The notes: generated from the sequence alone by a model not told the origin. A stretch of DNA of 64,000 nucleotides from Kiritimatiellia bacterium (GCA_016783675.1 JADHWE010000004.1:4072-68071); one strand, 5' to 3'. Positions 52,514 to 62,187 are shown, numbered from the stretch's first letter. Numbers and translations: made by a program.

Positions 52514-53713
52514 GTGCGCCGTATGCGCAGGATTATCATAATGTCGGGATGCGCGCTGCTGGCGGTCCTGGCCTTGACCGCAACGCTGCAGGCCCAGGAA
52601 GCCGGCGACTTCGAATGGTCCTGGCGGGACGAAGGGAAGCCGGCGGCCGGCCAGCCCACCGACCAGGCAACTGCCGAAGGCGGACTTGACCCCGAGACCT
52701 ACAACCAGCTCCTCAAAGAGAATCTCAACCTTCGCCGCAAACTCCAGGAAACGGATCGCGGTACCGAGACCATGCGCGAGGAGAACGCTCGCCTGCAACG
52801 CGAGATGACGACGCTGCAGTCGCAGATGACCGACTCCAACAAGGAGATTGCGCGACTCAAGAACGAGTCGGCCGGTGCCACTGCTGATCCCGAGAAAGTC
52901 GTTGCCCTGAAAGCCGCGCTCGCCGCCGCCGAGAGCGCCAAGGCCAAGCTCGCCCAGGATCTGAACGTGCTCAAGAGCCGCGCGGAGCGCAACGAGGCAC
53001 GCTCCGCCCCCGCCCCGGCCCGCGGCCCCACCGTAAAGCCCGGCTCCGACCTGTTCACCGCACTTGAGGACGAGAACGCGGAGCTGCGCTCCAAGCTGTC
53101 CAACCTAGAGAGCGAAAAAGAAAAGGTCGTTAAGGAGTTGCGCGAAGTGGCGTCCGAAGTCGCCGCCAAGGCCGACTTGGAGGCCGAGATGGCCAGCGTC
53201 AGCGGCGAGACTTCGAAGCAGAAGGCGATCATCCGCAAGTTGCTCGAACGTATTCCGGAGCTGGAGCAGGAATTGGCGGATACACAGTCGCGGGAGCGTG
53301 ATCAGAGCGCGGAACTGTCACAGCGCCAGCGCGAGCTCCGAGCCCTCAAGGTGGAGCTGGATAAGCGTGAAGAGCGGCTGAAGAAAGCCGAGCGCGTTGC
53401 CGCCCTCCTCGCCAAGACGCGCACCGAAGTGCAGTTTGTCGGAACCAGCCGCCAGCGGGATGTCCATTACAATATGGGTGTCGTTTTCGCGAACCGCGGT
53501 CAGTTCAAAGATGCGGAACGGGAATACCTGCGTGCGCTTCGCCTCGATTCCGCCGACGCTGATACACATTACAACCTGGCCGTCCTGTACGATCAGAGCT
53601 TGAAGAAGTATCGCAAGGCCGTCAGCCACTACCGGCGCTATCTCAAGCTTCGTCCCGACGCGCCCGACGCCAACGAGGTCCATATCTGGATCACGATGTG
53701 CGAGACAAGGTAG
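52514..53713 (+). CDS. Exported coiled-coil protein with C-terminal TPR
   Basis: Signal peptide, ~250-aa heptad coiled coil, HYNMGV / HYNLAVLY / YLKL.P TPRs. Confidence 0.75.
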   Translation: MRRMRRIIIMSGCALLAVLALTATLQAQEAGDFEWSWRDEGKPAAGQPTDQATAEGGLDPETYNQLLKENLNLRRKLQETDRGTETMREENARLQREMTTLQSQMTDSNKEIARLKNESAGATADPEKVVALKAALAAAESAKAKLAQDLNVLKSRAERNEARSAPAPARGPTVKPGSDLFTALEDENAELRSKLSNLESEKEKVVKELREVASEVAAKADLEAEMASVSGETSKQKAIIRKLLERIPELEQELADTQSRERDQSAELSQRQRELRALKVELDKREERLKKAERVAALLAKTRTEVQFVGTSRQRDVHYNMGVVFANRGQFKDAEREYLRALRLDSADADTHYNLAVLYDQSLKKYRKAVSHYRRYLKLRPDAPDANEVHIWITMCETR

Positions 53714-53723
53714 GTTGAGACTA

Positions 53724-53794
53724 GGAGCGCGGGCCCTACCTCACGTTCGGATGATTCACGCACCCGGTAGAGCCCGCTCTCCGAGTGGGCCGCG
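53724..53794. repeat. GTAG-type REP doublet (REPIN), left copy truncated
   Basis: ggagcgcgggccctacc-25 bp-ggtagagcccgctctccgagtgggcc; homologous to 58100-58180. Confidence 0.8.
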
Positions 53795-53803
53795 ATTCGC
53801 CGA

Positions 53804-54253
53804 TCATTCCGCATCCGTCCCTATCACCACCGGAATGCCCGGTTCAATGGTGTCACGCCAAACCCTGTAGCGGCGCAGACCGAAGAAGACCGAGGCAATC
53901 ACGATGGCGGCAACCAGTGCCGACACCAGGATGTGGTGCATGTATATCCAGTCGAGAACCGGATGCATGAGCGCCCGCACCAGGCGGCTGTGATGACGCT
54001 GTGAGAGGTGTTGCGGCAGCGTACCGTGTGCAAACGGGGCATCGTGAAGGATACCGAGTGTCTTCTGTAGCTCGATCGCCCTCTCATGGCAGGTCGTACA
54101 GCGGCGCGTGTGTTCGCGGACCAGGTCGGAACGACCCTCCCCCAGGCCGCGGTGCATGTAGTCGAGCATGAGTGCCTGGATATCTTCGCAGGGCAACTGC
54201 CGTTCGCTGCCGGGGACCGGTCGCATCTGTTTGGCGTTGTCTGGCGTTGTCAT
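53804..54253 (-). CDS. Zinc-finger (zf-HC2) anti-sigma factor
   Basis: C......LDY....L.......HTRRCTTC; one C-terminal TM; coupled to ECF. Confidence 0.82.
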   Translation of the reverse strand: MTTPDNAKQMRPVPGSERQLPCEDIQALMLDYMHRGLGEGRSDLVREHTRRCTTCHERAIELQKTLGILHDAPFAHGTLPQHLSQRHHSRLVRALMHPVLDWIYMHHILVSALVAAIVIASVFFGLRRYRVWRDTIEPGIPVVIGTDAE

Positions 54254-54792
54254 GATGACGTGTCTCCCTCCAGCGCGCGCGCCAGCTTGCGCATGGCGTG
54301 GTGCAGAATATAGCCGACATTTCCGGTGGAGAGGCCCGTAATGGCGCCTATCTCTTTATACGACTTCTCCTCGTATACCTTTAGAACAACGAGCTGCCGT
54401 TCGCGCAGGTCAAGGGTCTGCAGGGCGGCGGCGGCCCGGGCCGCCTGGTCGCTGACCCGGAACTCCTGGCCCCGGTCAGGCGCGACCGTCTGCTCCCGCT
54501 CTTCGGCCACGCGACGGTGTAGCAGGCTACGCCGGGCGATCTTGCGGACGTGATCGACCGCGCAGTTGTGCGCCACGCGGTAGAGCCAGTTGGTCATCTG
54601 TCCGCTCGGTTCCATCTCGCCCTTCCAGCGGTGCAGGAGGCGGATGAAACTGTCCTGGACGACATCCTGGGCTCCGTCGGGGTCGTTCAGGACGCGCGCG
54701 GCGTAGCGAAGCAGGGCGGACTCGTAGTGCCGGACCACCGCCTCAAAGGCTTCGAGGCGGTGTGCACGACTGGTCTTGGACGGCTTGGTCAC
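54250..54792 (-). CDS. ECF sigma factor
   Basis: AQDVVQDSF, WLYRVAHN..VD..RK, L..RER..V.L...E..SYKEI...G. Confidence 0.92.
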   Translation of the reverse strand: MTKPSKTSRAHRLEAFEAVVRHYESALLRYAARVLNDPDGAQDVVQDSFIRLLHRWKGEMEPSGQMTNWLYRVAHNCAVDHVRKIARRSLLHRRVAEEREQTVAPDRGQEFRVSDQAARAAAALQTLDLRERQLVVLKVYEEKSYKEIGAITGLSTGNVGYILHHAMRKLARALEGDTSS

Positions 54793-56366
54793 AGCGTGAT
54801 GTGGAAAGCGGCGATACTCTTGATTTCCTTGCTGATGGAATCGATGATCGTGGCCGGCACGCGCTGGTTCACCTTGAGGATGGCCAGCGAACGGTTGGTC
54901 TGGGGATCGTGCGGGTTACGCATGTCCTCGATGTTCACTCCGCTGTCGGCCAGCGTGCGGCCGATAATGCCGATGACACCCGGCCGGTCATCGTACAGGA
55001 AGAACACGGTGTGCCCGAGTGGCTCGAAGTAGAGTCGGTCGAACTCGTTGATCCGGGCCACCATCATGTTGCCTTCAGCCAGCGTGCCGCGGACGCTGAT
55101 GCGCCGCAGGGAGTCGGAGTCGACTTCGCTGGTCAGGTCGAGCGTAATGGAATTGCCGTATCCCTTGCTCACATCGACCTCGCGCGAGACATACTCGATC
55201 CCCATCTCGTCCAGATAGTTGAAGGCAGCGTGGTAATCCATGCCCCGTTCGAAGTCCTCCCAAATGCCTGCCACGATTGGCACGGCGAGCCAGTTGGCGT
55301 ACGGCTCGAGGTCGCCATAGAAGCTGGTTTCCACCATCTTGAGCGCGCTCTGTCGCCCCACAATGTTGCGGCACAGGCGGGCCAGCGTGTTGGCCAGCTC
55401 ACAGTAGGCCTCGTCCAACCCCTCCGGAATGTCGCGGTTCACGATAAAGCTGGTTACGCCCCTGTAATCGAGGTCGATCAGCTCTTCGGCCGCGCGACGG
55501 GCGGCGTTGTAGTTCGCCTCCTTCGTGCTCGCGCCGAGATGGGGCAGCATGATGTCGGCGATATCGGTCACCGTTTTGTCGCCTTCGGCGTCCTTCGGGT
55601 AGACGTCGTTCAAGAGCCTGAGTCCGCGGCTTTCCTTGGCGCGCCGGAAGGCATCCTCGTCCAGAATGCCCGCTCGTGCACAGTTCACAATCGTTGCGTC
55701 CTGCTTTGCCAGGGAAAGCAGGTCATCACCGACCATGCCGCGCGTATCATCGTTCTCGGGGATGTGCAGCGTGATGTAGTCGCATTCTTCGAAGATGGTC
55801 TTGAGATCGGTTAGCGAGACATTGACCTCCTTGGCGCGTTCAGTTGATATCACGGGGTCGAATCCAAGGAGGCGGCAGTCGAACCCGCTCATACGCTTGG
55901 CAACCAGGCGGCCGATATTGCCGAGGCCGACGATACCGACGGTCTTGTGGGCCAGCTCGCGTCCCATGAACGTCTTCTTCTCCCACTTGCCCGCCCGGGT
56001 GGAGGCGTCAGCGGGGATCAGGTGGCGTGCATCGGCCAGCATCATGGCGACGACCTCTTCGGCCACGGCGTTGGAGTTGGCACCCGGCGTATTCATCACG
56101 TCGATGCCCCTGGCGCGGGCATAGACCGTATCGATCGTGTTGTAGCCGGCGCCCGCGCGCACCACCACCTGCAGGTTGGGGAGCGCGTCGATGATTTCGG
56201 GCGTCACCTTCTCGCTGCGAACGATGAGCGCATAGGCATCGGAATGGGTCGAGGCGAGATCTTTCAGGTCGGCCGAATCGTCCTGGATCACGGCGTAGTT
56301 GCCGTTCTCCTCCAAGATCTCTCTTGCCACGAAATCCAACTTGGTGGGAATCAGTACCTTCTTCAT
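54789..56366 (-). CDS. serA: D-3-phosphoglycerate dehydrogenase
   Basis: VRS, RAGAG..TID, NTPGAN..AVAE, GLGNIG, NCARAG, PHLGAST.EA, ASB+ACT domains. Confidence 0.92.
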   Translation of the reverse strand: MKKVLIPTKLDFVAREILEENGNYAVIQDDSADLKDLASTHSDAYALIVRSEKVTPEIIDALPNLQVVVRAGAGYNTIDTVYARARGIDVMNTPGANSNAVAEEVVAMMLADARHLIPADASTRAGKWEKKTFMGRELAHKTVGIVGLGNIGRLVAKRMSGFDCRLLGFDPVISTERAKEVNVSLTDLKTIFEECDYITLHIPENDDTRGMVGDDLLSLAKQDATIVNCARAGILDEDAFRRAKESRGLRLLNDVYPKDAEGDKTVTDIADIMLPHLGASTKEANYNAARRAAEELIDLDYRGVTSFIVNRDIPEGLDEAYCELANTLARLCRNIVGRQSALKMVETSFYGDLEPYANWLAVPIVAGIWEDFERGMDYHAAFNYLDEMGIEYVSREVDVSKGYGNSITLDLTSEVDSDSLRRISVRGTLAEGNMMVARINEFDRLYFEPLGHTVFFLYDDRPGVIGIIGRTLADSGVNIEDMRNPHDPQTNRSLAILKVNQRVPATIIDSISKEIKSIAAFHITL

Positions 56367-56483
56367 AGTCTCTTCCTCGTATTACCCAAAAAATGAAAGC
56401 GTCACGTTACCCCGAATGCCGTCGCCAATCAACCCGCAAGTCGGGAAAGGCAACGCGCACGGGCACATAGCATGAGACAGGTC

Positions 56484-56577
56484 ATCCCCGGCTCGCTCGG
56501 AGAGCTCGCCCTACCAGACGGAGGGCATACTCTCATCGACGGTCAGGTAGGGCGAGCTGTCCCCAGCGAGCCGGGAT
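56484..56577. repeat. GTAG-type REP doublet, second subtype
   Basis: cggctcgctcggagagctcgccctacc-30 bp-ggtagggcgagctgtccccagcgagccg. Confidence 0.8.
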
Positions 56578-56626
56578 CCATCTAAACATGCTTGAGCGTC
56601 TCGGGGAACAGGGGCACACTGTATGA

Positions 56627-58096
56627 ATGTCAACAGGACAGACCATAGCCGTAATCGGTGACCTCCACTATGGGCGGGGCGAGGCCGAGAACCGTCACGG
56701 GGATATTGCGGACATCCTGCTCCATCGCGCGGTGGCCCATCTCAACGACATCGTGAAGCCGGATGTCACGCTGGTGATGGGCGATGTCCTGGACGATGGG
56801 AATGCCCCTGGCGCGGTGGTCAAGTATAGGCGTCTGGCCGACATCCTTCGCGATCTGCGTGGGCCGCACGTTATTATTCCCGGCAACCACGATGGGGACG
56901 TCAAAGCGTTTTACCGCAGCTTTGAACGTGTGCCTGGCATCATGAATGTGGCCGGCATGCGGGTGCTGCCCTTTATCGACGAAGACCGTCCCGACTACTG
57001 TGCGCAGCGCCCGGTGGCGGAGTTGGATCGGTTTCGCAAGGCACGTGAAGGGTTTGACGGACCCATCATCGCGCTCCAACACGTGCCCGTGTTTCCGGAA
57101 AGCGCAATCGACTGTCCGTTCAACCACCTTGACGCCGATGCCATTATCAAGGCCATGACCGCCGCCGATGTGCGGCTCTGTGTCAGCGGGCACTACCATC
57201 CCGGCCACGGGCCGCTGCAGCTCGGTCCCACGACAGTTCTCACGGCGCCCGCCCTGGACACCTTTCCGTTCGAGCTGCTCGTGATACGGCTGGACGGTGA
57301 CCGTGCGGACGTTGAGCTTCATCCCCTGGCCGTCGACTCGGCCCTGGAATTGCGGGATTACCATATTCACACGGAGTTCGGGTACTGCGCACAGGATGCC
57401 GAGTTTGAGCGCGGGGTCGACCTGGGGCGCCGATTCGGGATGGTCGAGGTGGGGTTCGCGGAGCACTCCGGGCAGCTCTATTTCACCGAGGAGGACTACT
57501 GGGGCGGGCGCTGTCACCGGGCAGGCGTTGACGCCATTGCGCCCTACGCCAACCGTATGGATGCCTACTTTGAAGGCGCGGCGGCCGTGCGAGGGCCATC
57601 CGTCAGGATCGGACTCGAACTGGACTTCGACTTCCAGGGCCGCGCCGTGCTGTTGCCCCGCGACCGGGCCCGGGCCGACTACCTGCTGGGGGCGATCCAC
57701 CGTCTTGGTGCGCTGGACCATGACCGTTGGGAGCCCGCCGTCGTGGTCGAGGAGTTTCTATGGATGGTGAAAAAGGTCGCGTCACAGGATATCGATATCC
57801 TGGCGCACCCGTTTCGCATTATCAAACGCGACAGCATCGAGATAGACCGCACGATCATTGAGCATGTCGTTGATGCCCTGTGCTGGACCAATACAGCGGC
57901 CGAAATCAACTTTCATCTCGGCGGTCCGCCGGTTGAGTTCATAGCGCTGTGCATGGATCGTGGCGTCAAGCTGGCGCTCGGGGGGGATGCACATCACCTG
58001 CTCGACGTCGGGAACTTCGCGCCGCACCTGGCGCTGTTGAAGGAAGCCGGCGCTCCGTCTGACCTGGGAGAGGTGTTGTTCAGGTTGCCTGAGTAA
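56627..58096 (+). CDS. Calcineurin-like metallophosphoesterase fused to PHP domain
   Basis: DLH, GD, GNHD, H, GHYH; then DYHIHT, EH, GLE, AHP, EIN, GGDAH. Confidence 0.85.
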   Translation: MSTGQTIAVIGDLHYGRGEAENRHGDIADILLHRAVAHLNDIVKPDVTLVMGDVLDDGNAPGAVVKYRRLADILRDLRGPHVIIPGNHDGDVKAFYRSFERVPGIMNVAGMRVLPFIDEDRPDYCAQRPVAELDRFRKAREGFDGPIIALQHVPVFPESAIDCPFNHLDADAIIKAMTAADVRLCVSGHYHPGHGPLQLGPTTVLTAPALDTFPFELLVIRLDGDRADVELHPLAVDSALELRDYHIHTEFGYCAQDAEFERGVDLGRRFGMVEVGFAEHSGQLYFTEEDYWGGRCHRAGVDAIAPYANRMDAYFEGAAAVRGPSVRIGLELDFDFQGRAVLLPRDRARADYLLGAIHRLGALDHDRWEPAVVVEEFLWMVKKVASQDIDILAHPFRIIKRDSIEIDRTIIEHVVDALCWTNTAAEINFHLGGPPVEFIALCMDRGVKLALGGDAHHLLDVGNFAPHLALLKEAGAPSDLGEVLFRLPE

Positions 58097-58099
58097 GCC

Positions 58100-58180
58100 G
58101 CGGCCCGCGCGGAGCGCGGGCCCTACCTTGCGTTCGGATGCTCTCTGTGCCAGGTAGGGCCCGCTCTCCGAGCGGGCCGG
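58100..58180. repeat. GTAG-type REP doublet (REPIN)
   Basis: gcggcccgcgcggagcgcgggccctacc-25 bp-ggtagggcccgctctccgagcgggccg between convergent genes. Confidence 0.85.
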
Positions 58181-58181
58181 A

Positions 58182-59039
58182 CTAGATCGTCCCCACTGCA
58201 ATCCTATCCCGCCCCGCGAGATCCTGGTTGATGGTTACACCCGTGAAGCCTTCTCCCTCCAGGATGCCGCGCACAGCCGCCGCCTGCGTGGCGCCTATCT
58301 CCAGGAAGATTCCTCCGCCGTGACGCAGGGCGATTGCCGCGTCCGGGACGACCTCGCGAATGATGTCCAGGCCATCCGGACCGCCGTCGAGCGCCGTGCG
58401 TGGGTCATGCTCGCGCACGTCACGCGGCAGGTCATCGCATGCTTCGCTGGCGATGTAGGGCAGGTTGGCCACGATGACATCCACGCTCTCCGGGTCCACG
58501 CAATCGGACAGGTCGGCCCGGGCGAATGCCACGCGCGAGTCGATCCCGAGTGCCGCCGCGTTGTCGCGGGCGAGCGCAAGTGCATCTTCGCTGACGTCGA
58601 GTCCCACACAGCGCAGGTTGGGACGGGCAAGGGCAAGGCTGATCACGATGCAGCCCGATCCCGTGCCCACATCCACGACCAGGGCGTCATCGTTCAGTCC
58701 CTCCCAGTCGAGCACCGCCTGGACCAGCACCTCCGTTTCGGGGCGGGGAATGAGGGCGCGCGGGTCCACTTTGAATCGATGTCCGTGGAAGGTGACTTCG
58801 CCGAGAATGTGCTGAACCGGTTCCCCTGTGGCCAGGCGCTTGATGCCCCGGCGCATGGCTGCGACATGTGGCTCGCTCAGAATATGATCGAACCGCATGT
58901 ACAGCTCCAGGCGGGGGCACGCCAACAGGCGCGCGGCGAGCAACTCGCACTTCAGACGCGGCTCGGAGATCTCGCGCGTCTCGAGAAACGCGGCCCCGGA
59001 TTCGAGGGCATGTTTCATCGTGACGGGGGCCGTGCTCAT
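58182..59039 (-). CDS. prmC: Release factor glutamine methyltransferase
   Basis: GEP.QHI.G, LIPRPETE, DVGTGSG, ANLPY, ALDGG.DGL; follows prfA. Confidence 0.95.
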   Translation of the reverse strand: MSTAPVTMKHALESGAAFLETREISEPRLKCELLAARLLACPRLELYMRFDHILSEPHVAAMRRGIKRLATGEPVQHILGEVTFHGHRFKVDPRALIPRPETEVLVQAVLDWEGLNDDALVVDVGTGSGCIVISLALARPNLRCVGLDVSEDALALARDNAAALGIDSRVAFARADLSDCVDPESVDVIVANLPYIASEACDDLPRDVREHDPRTALDGGPDGLDIIREVVPDAAIALRHGGGIFLEIGATQAAAVRGILEGEGFTGVTINQDLAGRDRIAVGTI

Positions 59040-59040
59040 A

Positions 59041-60126
59041 TCAGTCCGTTCCCAGTTCCTCGAGACGCAATTCAACGTCGTGCTGGCGAAGCGCATCGAA
59101 CAGGGCGCTCAGTTCACCCTCCATGACGCGGTCGAGACTGTAGAGGGTCAGGTTGACGCGATGGTCCGTGAGCCGGTTCTGCGGGAAGTTGTAGGTGCGG
59201 ATGCGCTGGCTGCGGTCCCCGGACCCGATCAACGTGCGCCGGGCGTTGCCCTTCTCCTCGGCTTCTTCGCGTCGCTTCAGGTCAAGGATGCGTGATTTCA
59301 ACACCGCCATGGCCTTTTCCCTGTTGCGGTGCTGGCTCTTCTCGTCCTGGCACTGCACCGTGATGCCGGTGGGTTCGTGCGTGATGCGGACGGCGGAGTC
59401 GGTCGTGTTCACGCTCTGACCGCCGGGGCCCGATGAGCGGAAGATATCGATCCGGATCTCGTCGGGCGGCAACGCGATATCGTCCTGCGGCTCGGCCTCG
59501 GGGAAAACCGCGACTGTGGCGGCAGAGGTGTGGATGCGGCCCTGCGATTCGGTCACGGGCACGCGCTGGACACGGTGGCCGCCGCTCTCGTAGTGCATGG
59601 CGCCGAAAGCGCCGGTGCCCTCAACGGAGAAGACGACTTCTTTGTAGCCGCCCACATCGCTGGTGCTCGCATCGATGACACCGATCTTCCAGCCTTGCGC
59701 TTCGGCATAGCGGCTATACATGCGGAACAGGTCGCCGGCGAAGAGGGCGGCCTCGTCGCCGCCGGTGCCCGCGCGTACCTCGACGATCGCATTGCGATCC
59801 TCGTCGGGATCTGACGGCAGCAGGGCCACCATCAGCTCTTTTTCGGCATCGGGAAGTTGCGGCTCAAACCGGGCCAGCTCGGCTTCGGCCATCTCGCGCA
59901 GCTCGGGGTCGAGCTCGGGGTCGTCCAGCAGTTCACGGCTGTTGGCGATCTCCGTGCTGATCGAATGGAAATGTTCCGCTTTGCCTTCGAGCTTCTTGAG
60001 CCCGGAGTGCTCGCGCAGCAGCTCGCGGTAGTGATTCTGGTGGGTAACCGTCTCCGGCTGAGACAGTTCCGTCTCGATCTCCGGAATCCGCGCCAACATC
60101 CGCTCAATATGTTCGTTGTTGATCAC
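59041..60126 (-). CDS. prfA: Peptide chain release factor 1
   Basis: [19 protein letters not shown] (PxT), [14 protein letters not shown]; GTG start at 60126. Confidence 0.97.
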   Translation of the reverse strand: MINNEHIERMLARIPEIETELSQPETVTHQNHYRELLREHSGLKKLEGKAEHFHSISTEIANSRELLDDPELDPELREMAEAELARFEPQLPDAEKELMVALLPSDPDEDRNAIVEVRAGTGGDEAALFAGDLFRMYSRYAEAQGWKIGVIDASTSDVGGYKEVVFSVEGTGAFGAMHYESGGHRVQRVPVTESQGRIHTSAATVAVFPEAEPQDDIALPPDEIRIDIFRSSGPGGQSVNTTDSAVRITHEPTGITVQCQDEKSQHRNREKAMAVLKSRILDLKRREEAEEKGNARRTLIGSGDRSQRIRTYNFPQNRLTDHRVNLTLYSLDRVMEGELSALFDALRQHDVELRLEELGTD

Positions 60127-60133
60127 AACCCTT

Positions 60134-60164
60134 CCGATCTCCGACTTCCGACTTCCGACCTCCG
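60134..60164. repeat. Heptamer tandem array (CCGACYT)x4.4
   Basis: ccgatct ccgactt ccgactt ccgacct ccg. Confidence 0.8.
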
Positions 60165-60228
60165 GAATAATACACAGTTCAGGCCGGGATGAGCATAGCG
60201 CTCGTGCCCGGCCTGACATCGGAAGCAG

Positions 60229-60438
60229 CTACTTGGAGGCCGCGGCCGCGTAACGGCGACGGAACTGCTCAACGCGCCCTTCGGCGTCAATAAAGGTGGA
60301 CTGTCCCGTGTAGAACGGATGACAGGATGAACACGTGTTGATGTGCATCTCTTTCACCGTGGAACGGGTCTCAATCACGTTACCGCAGGCACACGTGATC
60401 GTCGCATCTTCGTACTTAGGATGAATGTTCTTTCTCAT
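60229..60438 (-). CDS. rpmE: 50S ribosomal protein L31 (Zn-binding type)
   Basis: IHPKY, CACGN, CSSCHPFYTG, GRVEQF. Confidence 0.97.
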   Translation of the reverse strand: MRKNIHPKYEDATITCACGNVIETRSTVKEMHINTCSSCHPFYTGQSTFIDAEGRVEQFRRRYAAAASK

Positions 60439-60470
60439 GGTCTCCTGTCCTCACTCAAATCAAGCGCGGA

Positions 60471-60563
60471 ACTGTACACTCGGACCGATCGGAATGCAAG
60501 CGGGGAATTACGCCTTAAATGATGACCTCTGCACTTGTCTTGTACTCGGGCTGCTCCTATGAT
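60471..60563. promoter_or_regulatory. Divergent sigma70 promoters for rpmE and pnt
   Basis: Minus TTGCAT-17-TACAGT (60499-60471); plus TTGTCT-17-TATGAT (60535-60563). Confidence 0.5.
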
Positions 60564-60599
60564 GGCAGGCCTCTGAATGGTGAATGAAAGGTGGACTAT

Positions 60600-61748
60600 A
60601 TGAACGTAGTTGTGTTGGGTGAACTGGGCACGAGCGAACCGCGTATTCCGCTCATGCCGGGAGATGCCGCCAAGCTGGTCGAGCTGGGAGCGTCCCTGCA
60701 GGTGGAAGCGGGCATCGGAGCGCGTATTGGCTTCGCCGATAGCGCCTATACGGAGGCAGGCGCCACCGTGTCGTCAGACCGCCAGGCGTTGCTGGGGGAG
60801 GCAGACCTGGTCCTGCGGCTTGGCAAGCCATCGTCCGAGGACGTTGCGGCGATGAAGAAGGGCTGCATCCATGTCAGTTACCTGGACCCGTTCAATGAGA
60901 CCGGGCTGGTCAAGGAACTCCAGGCCGCCGGCATCTCGGCTATCAGTATGGAGATGATCCCACGTACAACACTGGCGCAGAAGATGGATGCGCTCAGCTC
61001 GCAGGCCAACCTGGCCGGTTACGTGGCGGTTGTCCTTGCCGCCGAGAGAATGAACCGGATCTTTCCAATGATGATGACCCCTTCCGGCACCATTCCCCCG
61101 GCCAAGGTCTTCATTATCGGGGCTGGCGTAGCGGGCCTGCAGGCCATCGCGACGGCCAAGCGTCTCGGCGCCCGCGTCGAAGCGTTCGACACGCGTCCCG
61201 TGGTTGCCGAGCAGGTTGAATCGCTCGGTGGCCGCTTTGTGAAGGTCGATCTCGGCGAGACCGGTCAGACCAAGGATGGTTACGCGCGCGAACTGACCCC
61301 TGAACAGCTCGAGAAGCAGCGTCAGACCATGGCCAAGCATGCGGCCGGGGCGGACGTGGTGATCACCACGGCACAGCTCTTCGGCCGGCCCGCGCCGCGG
61401 ATTCTCACGCGCGCGATGGTGGAAGCCATGAAGCCCGGCAGCATCGTGATCGACATGGCGGTCGAAACCGGTGGCAACGTCGAAGGCTCAGTTCCGGGCG
61501 AGGAAGTGGATATCAACGGCGTACGCGTCATGGGTCCGCGCAACCTGCCCGGCCACGCGGCTGCCGATGCCAGCCTGATGTACTCCAGCAACCTGTTCAA
61601 TCTGGTGGAGCATTCTTGGGATGCTGAAGCGAAAGCGCTGCAGCTCAAGGTGGAAGACGAGATCATGGACGGCTGCCTGGTGGTCCATGATGGCGCGATT
61701 CGGAACGAGACAATCAAGACCCTCATCGAGGGCAAGGGAGACGAATAA
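60600..61748 (+). CDS. pntAA: NAD(P) transhydrogenase alpha subunit part 1
   Basis: PRTT.AQ.MDALSSQ, GAGVAGLQA, GYA.E, ITTA..FG..AP, GGN. Confidence 0.95.
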   Translation: MNVVVLGELGTSEPRIPLMPGDAAKLVELGASLQVEAGIGARIGFADSAYTEAGATVSSDRQALLGEADLVLRLGKPSSEDVAAMKKGCIHVSYLDPFNETGLVKELQAAGISAISMEMIPRTTLAQKMDALSSQANLAGYVAVVLAAERMNRIFPMMMTPSGTIPPAKVFIIGAGVAGLQAIATAKRLGARVEAFDTRPVVAEQVESLGGRFVKVDLGETGQTKDGYARELTPEQLEKQRQTMAKHAAGADVVITTAQLFGRPAPRILTRAMVEAMKPGSIVIDMAVETGGNVEGSVPGEEVDINGVRVMGPRNLPGHAAADASLMYSSNLFNLVEHSWDAEAKALQLKVEDEIMDGCLVVHDGAIRNETIKTLIEGKGDE

Positions 61749-62179
61749 TGATGACTAAGCGCTTGATAACAATGGTGTGCGCTCTTGTCCTTGTGGCCGG
61801 CGCCGCCCTGGCACAGGCCGATGTTGCCGCGGCCGACGCGGCGGCTTGCTGTCCTGTCACGGCGTGTGAGACGGGTGAAGCTCCGCCGATGGGCAACGCG
61901 GCCTCGATGGGCCTGCTCTTTTTCGTGTTTGTGCTTGCGATTTTCCTGGGGGCCGAACTGATCGCCAAGGTGCCGTCGCAGCTCCACACCCCGCTGATGT
62001 CCGGGTCCAACGCGATCTCGGGCATCTCCGTGGTCGGCGCCCTGATTGCAGCCGGCAAAGGGGAGGGCACGGTGATGATTGTCCTGGGAACGCTGGCGGT
62101 CGCGCTGGCCATGATCAATGTTGTGGGTGGCTACCTGGTCACCGATCGCATGCTCGGCATGTTCAAGCACAAGGGTTGA
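61748..62179 (+). CDS. pntAB: NAD(P) transhydrogenase alpha subunit part 2 with N-terminal signal-like extension
   Basis: LHTPLMSGSNAISGI, INVVGGY.VT.RML.MF. Confidence 0.93.
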   Translation: MMTKRLITMVCALVLVAGAALAQADVAAADAAACCPVTACETGEAPPMGNAASMGLLFFVFVLAIFLGAELIAKVPSQLHTPLMSGSNAISGISVVGALIAAGKGEGTVMIVLGTLAVALAMINVVGGYLVTDRMLGMFKHKG

Positions 62180-62187
62180 GGTAAACC

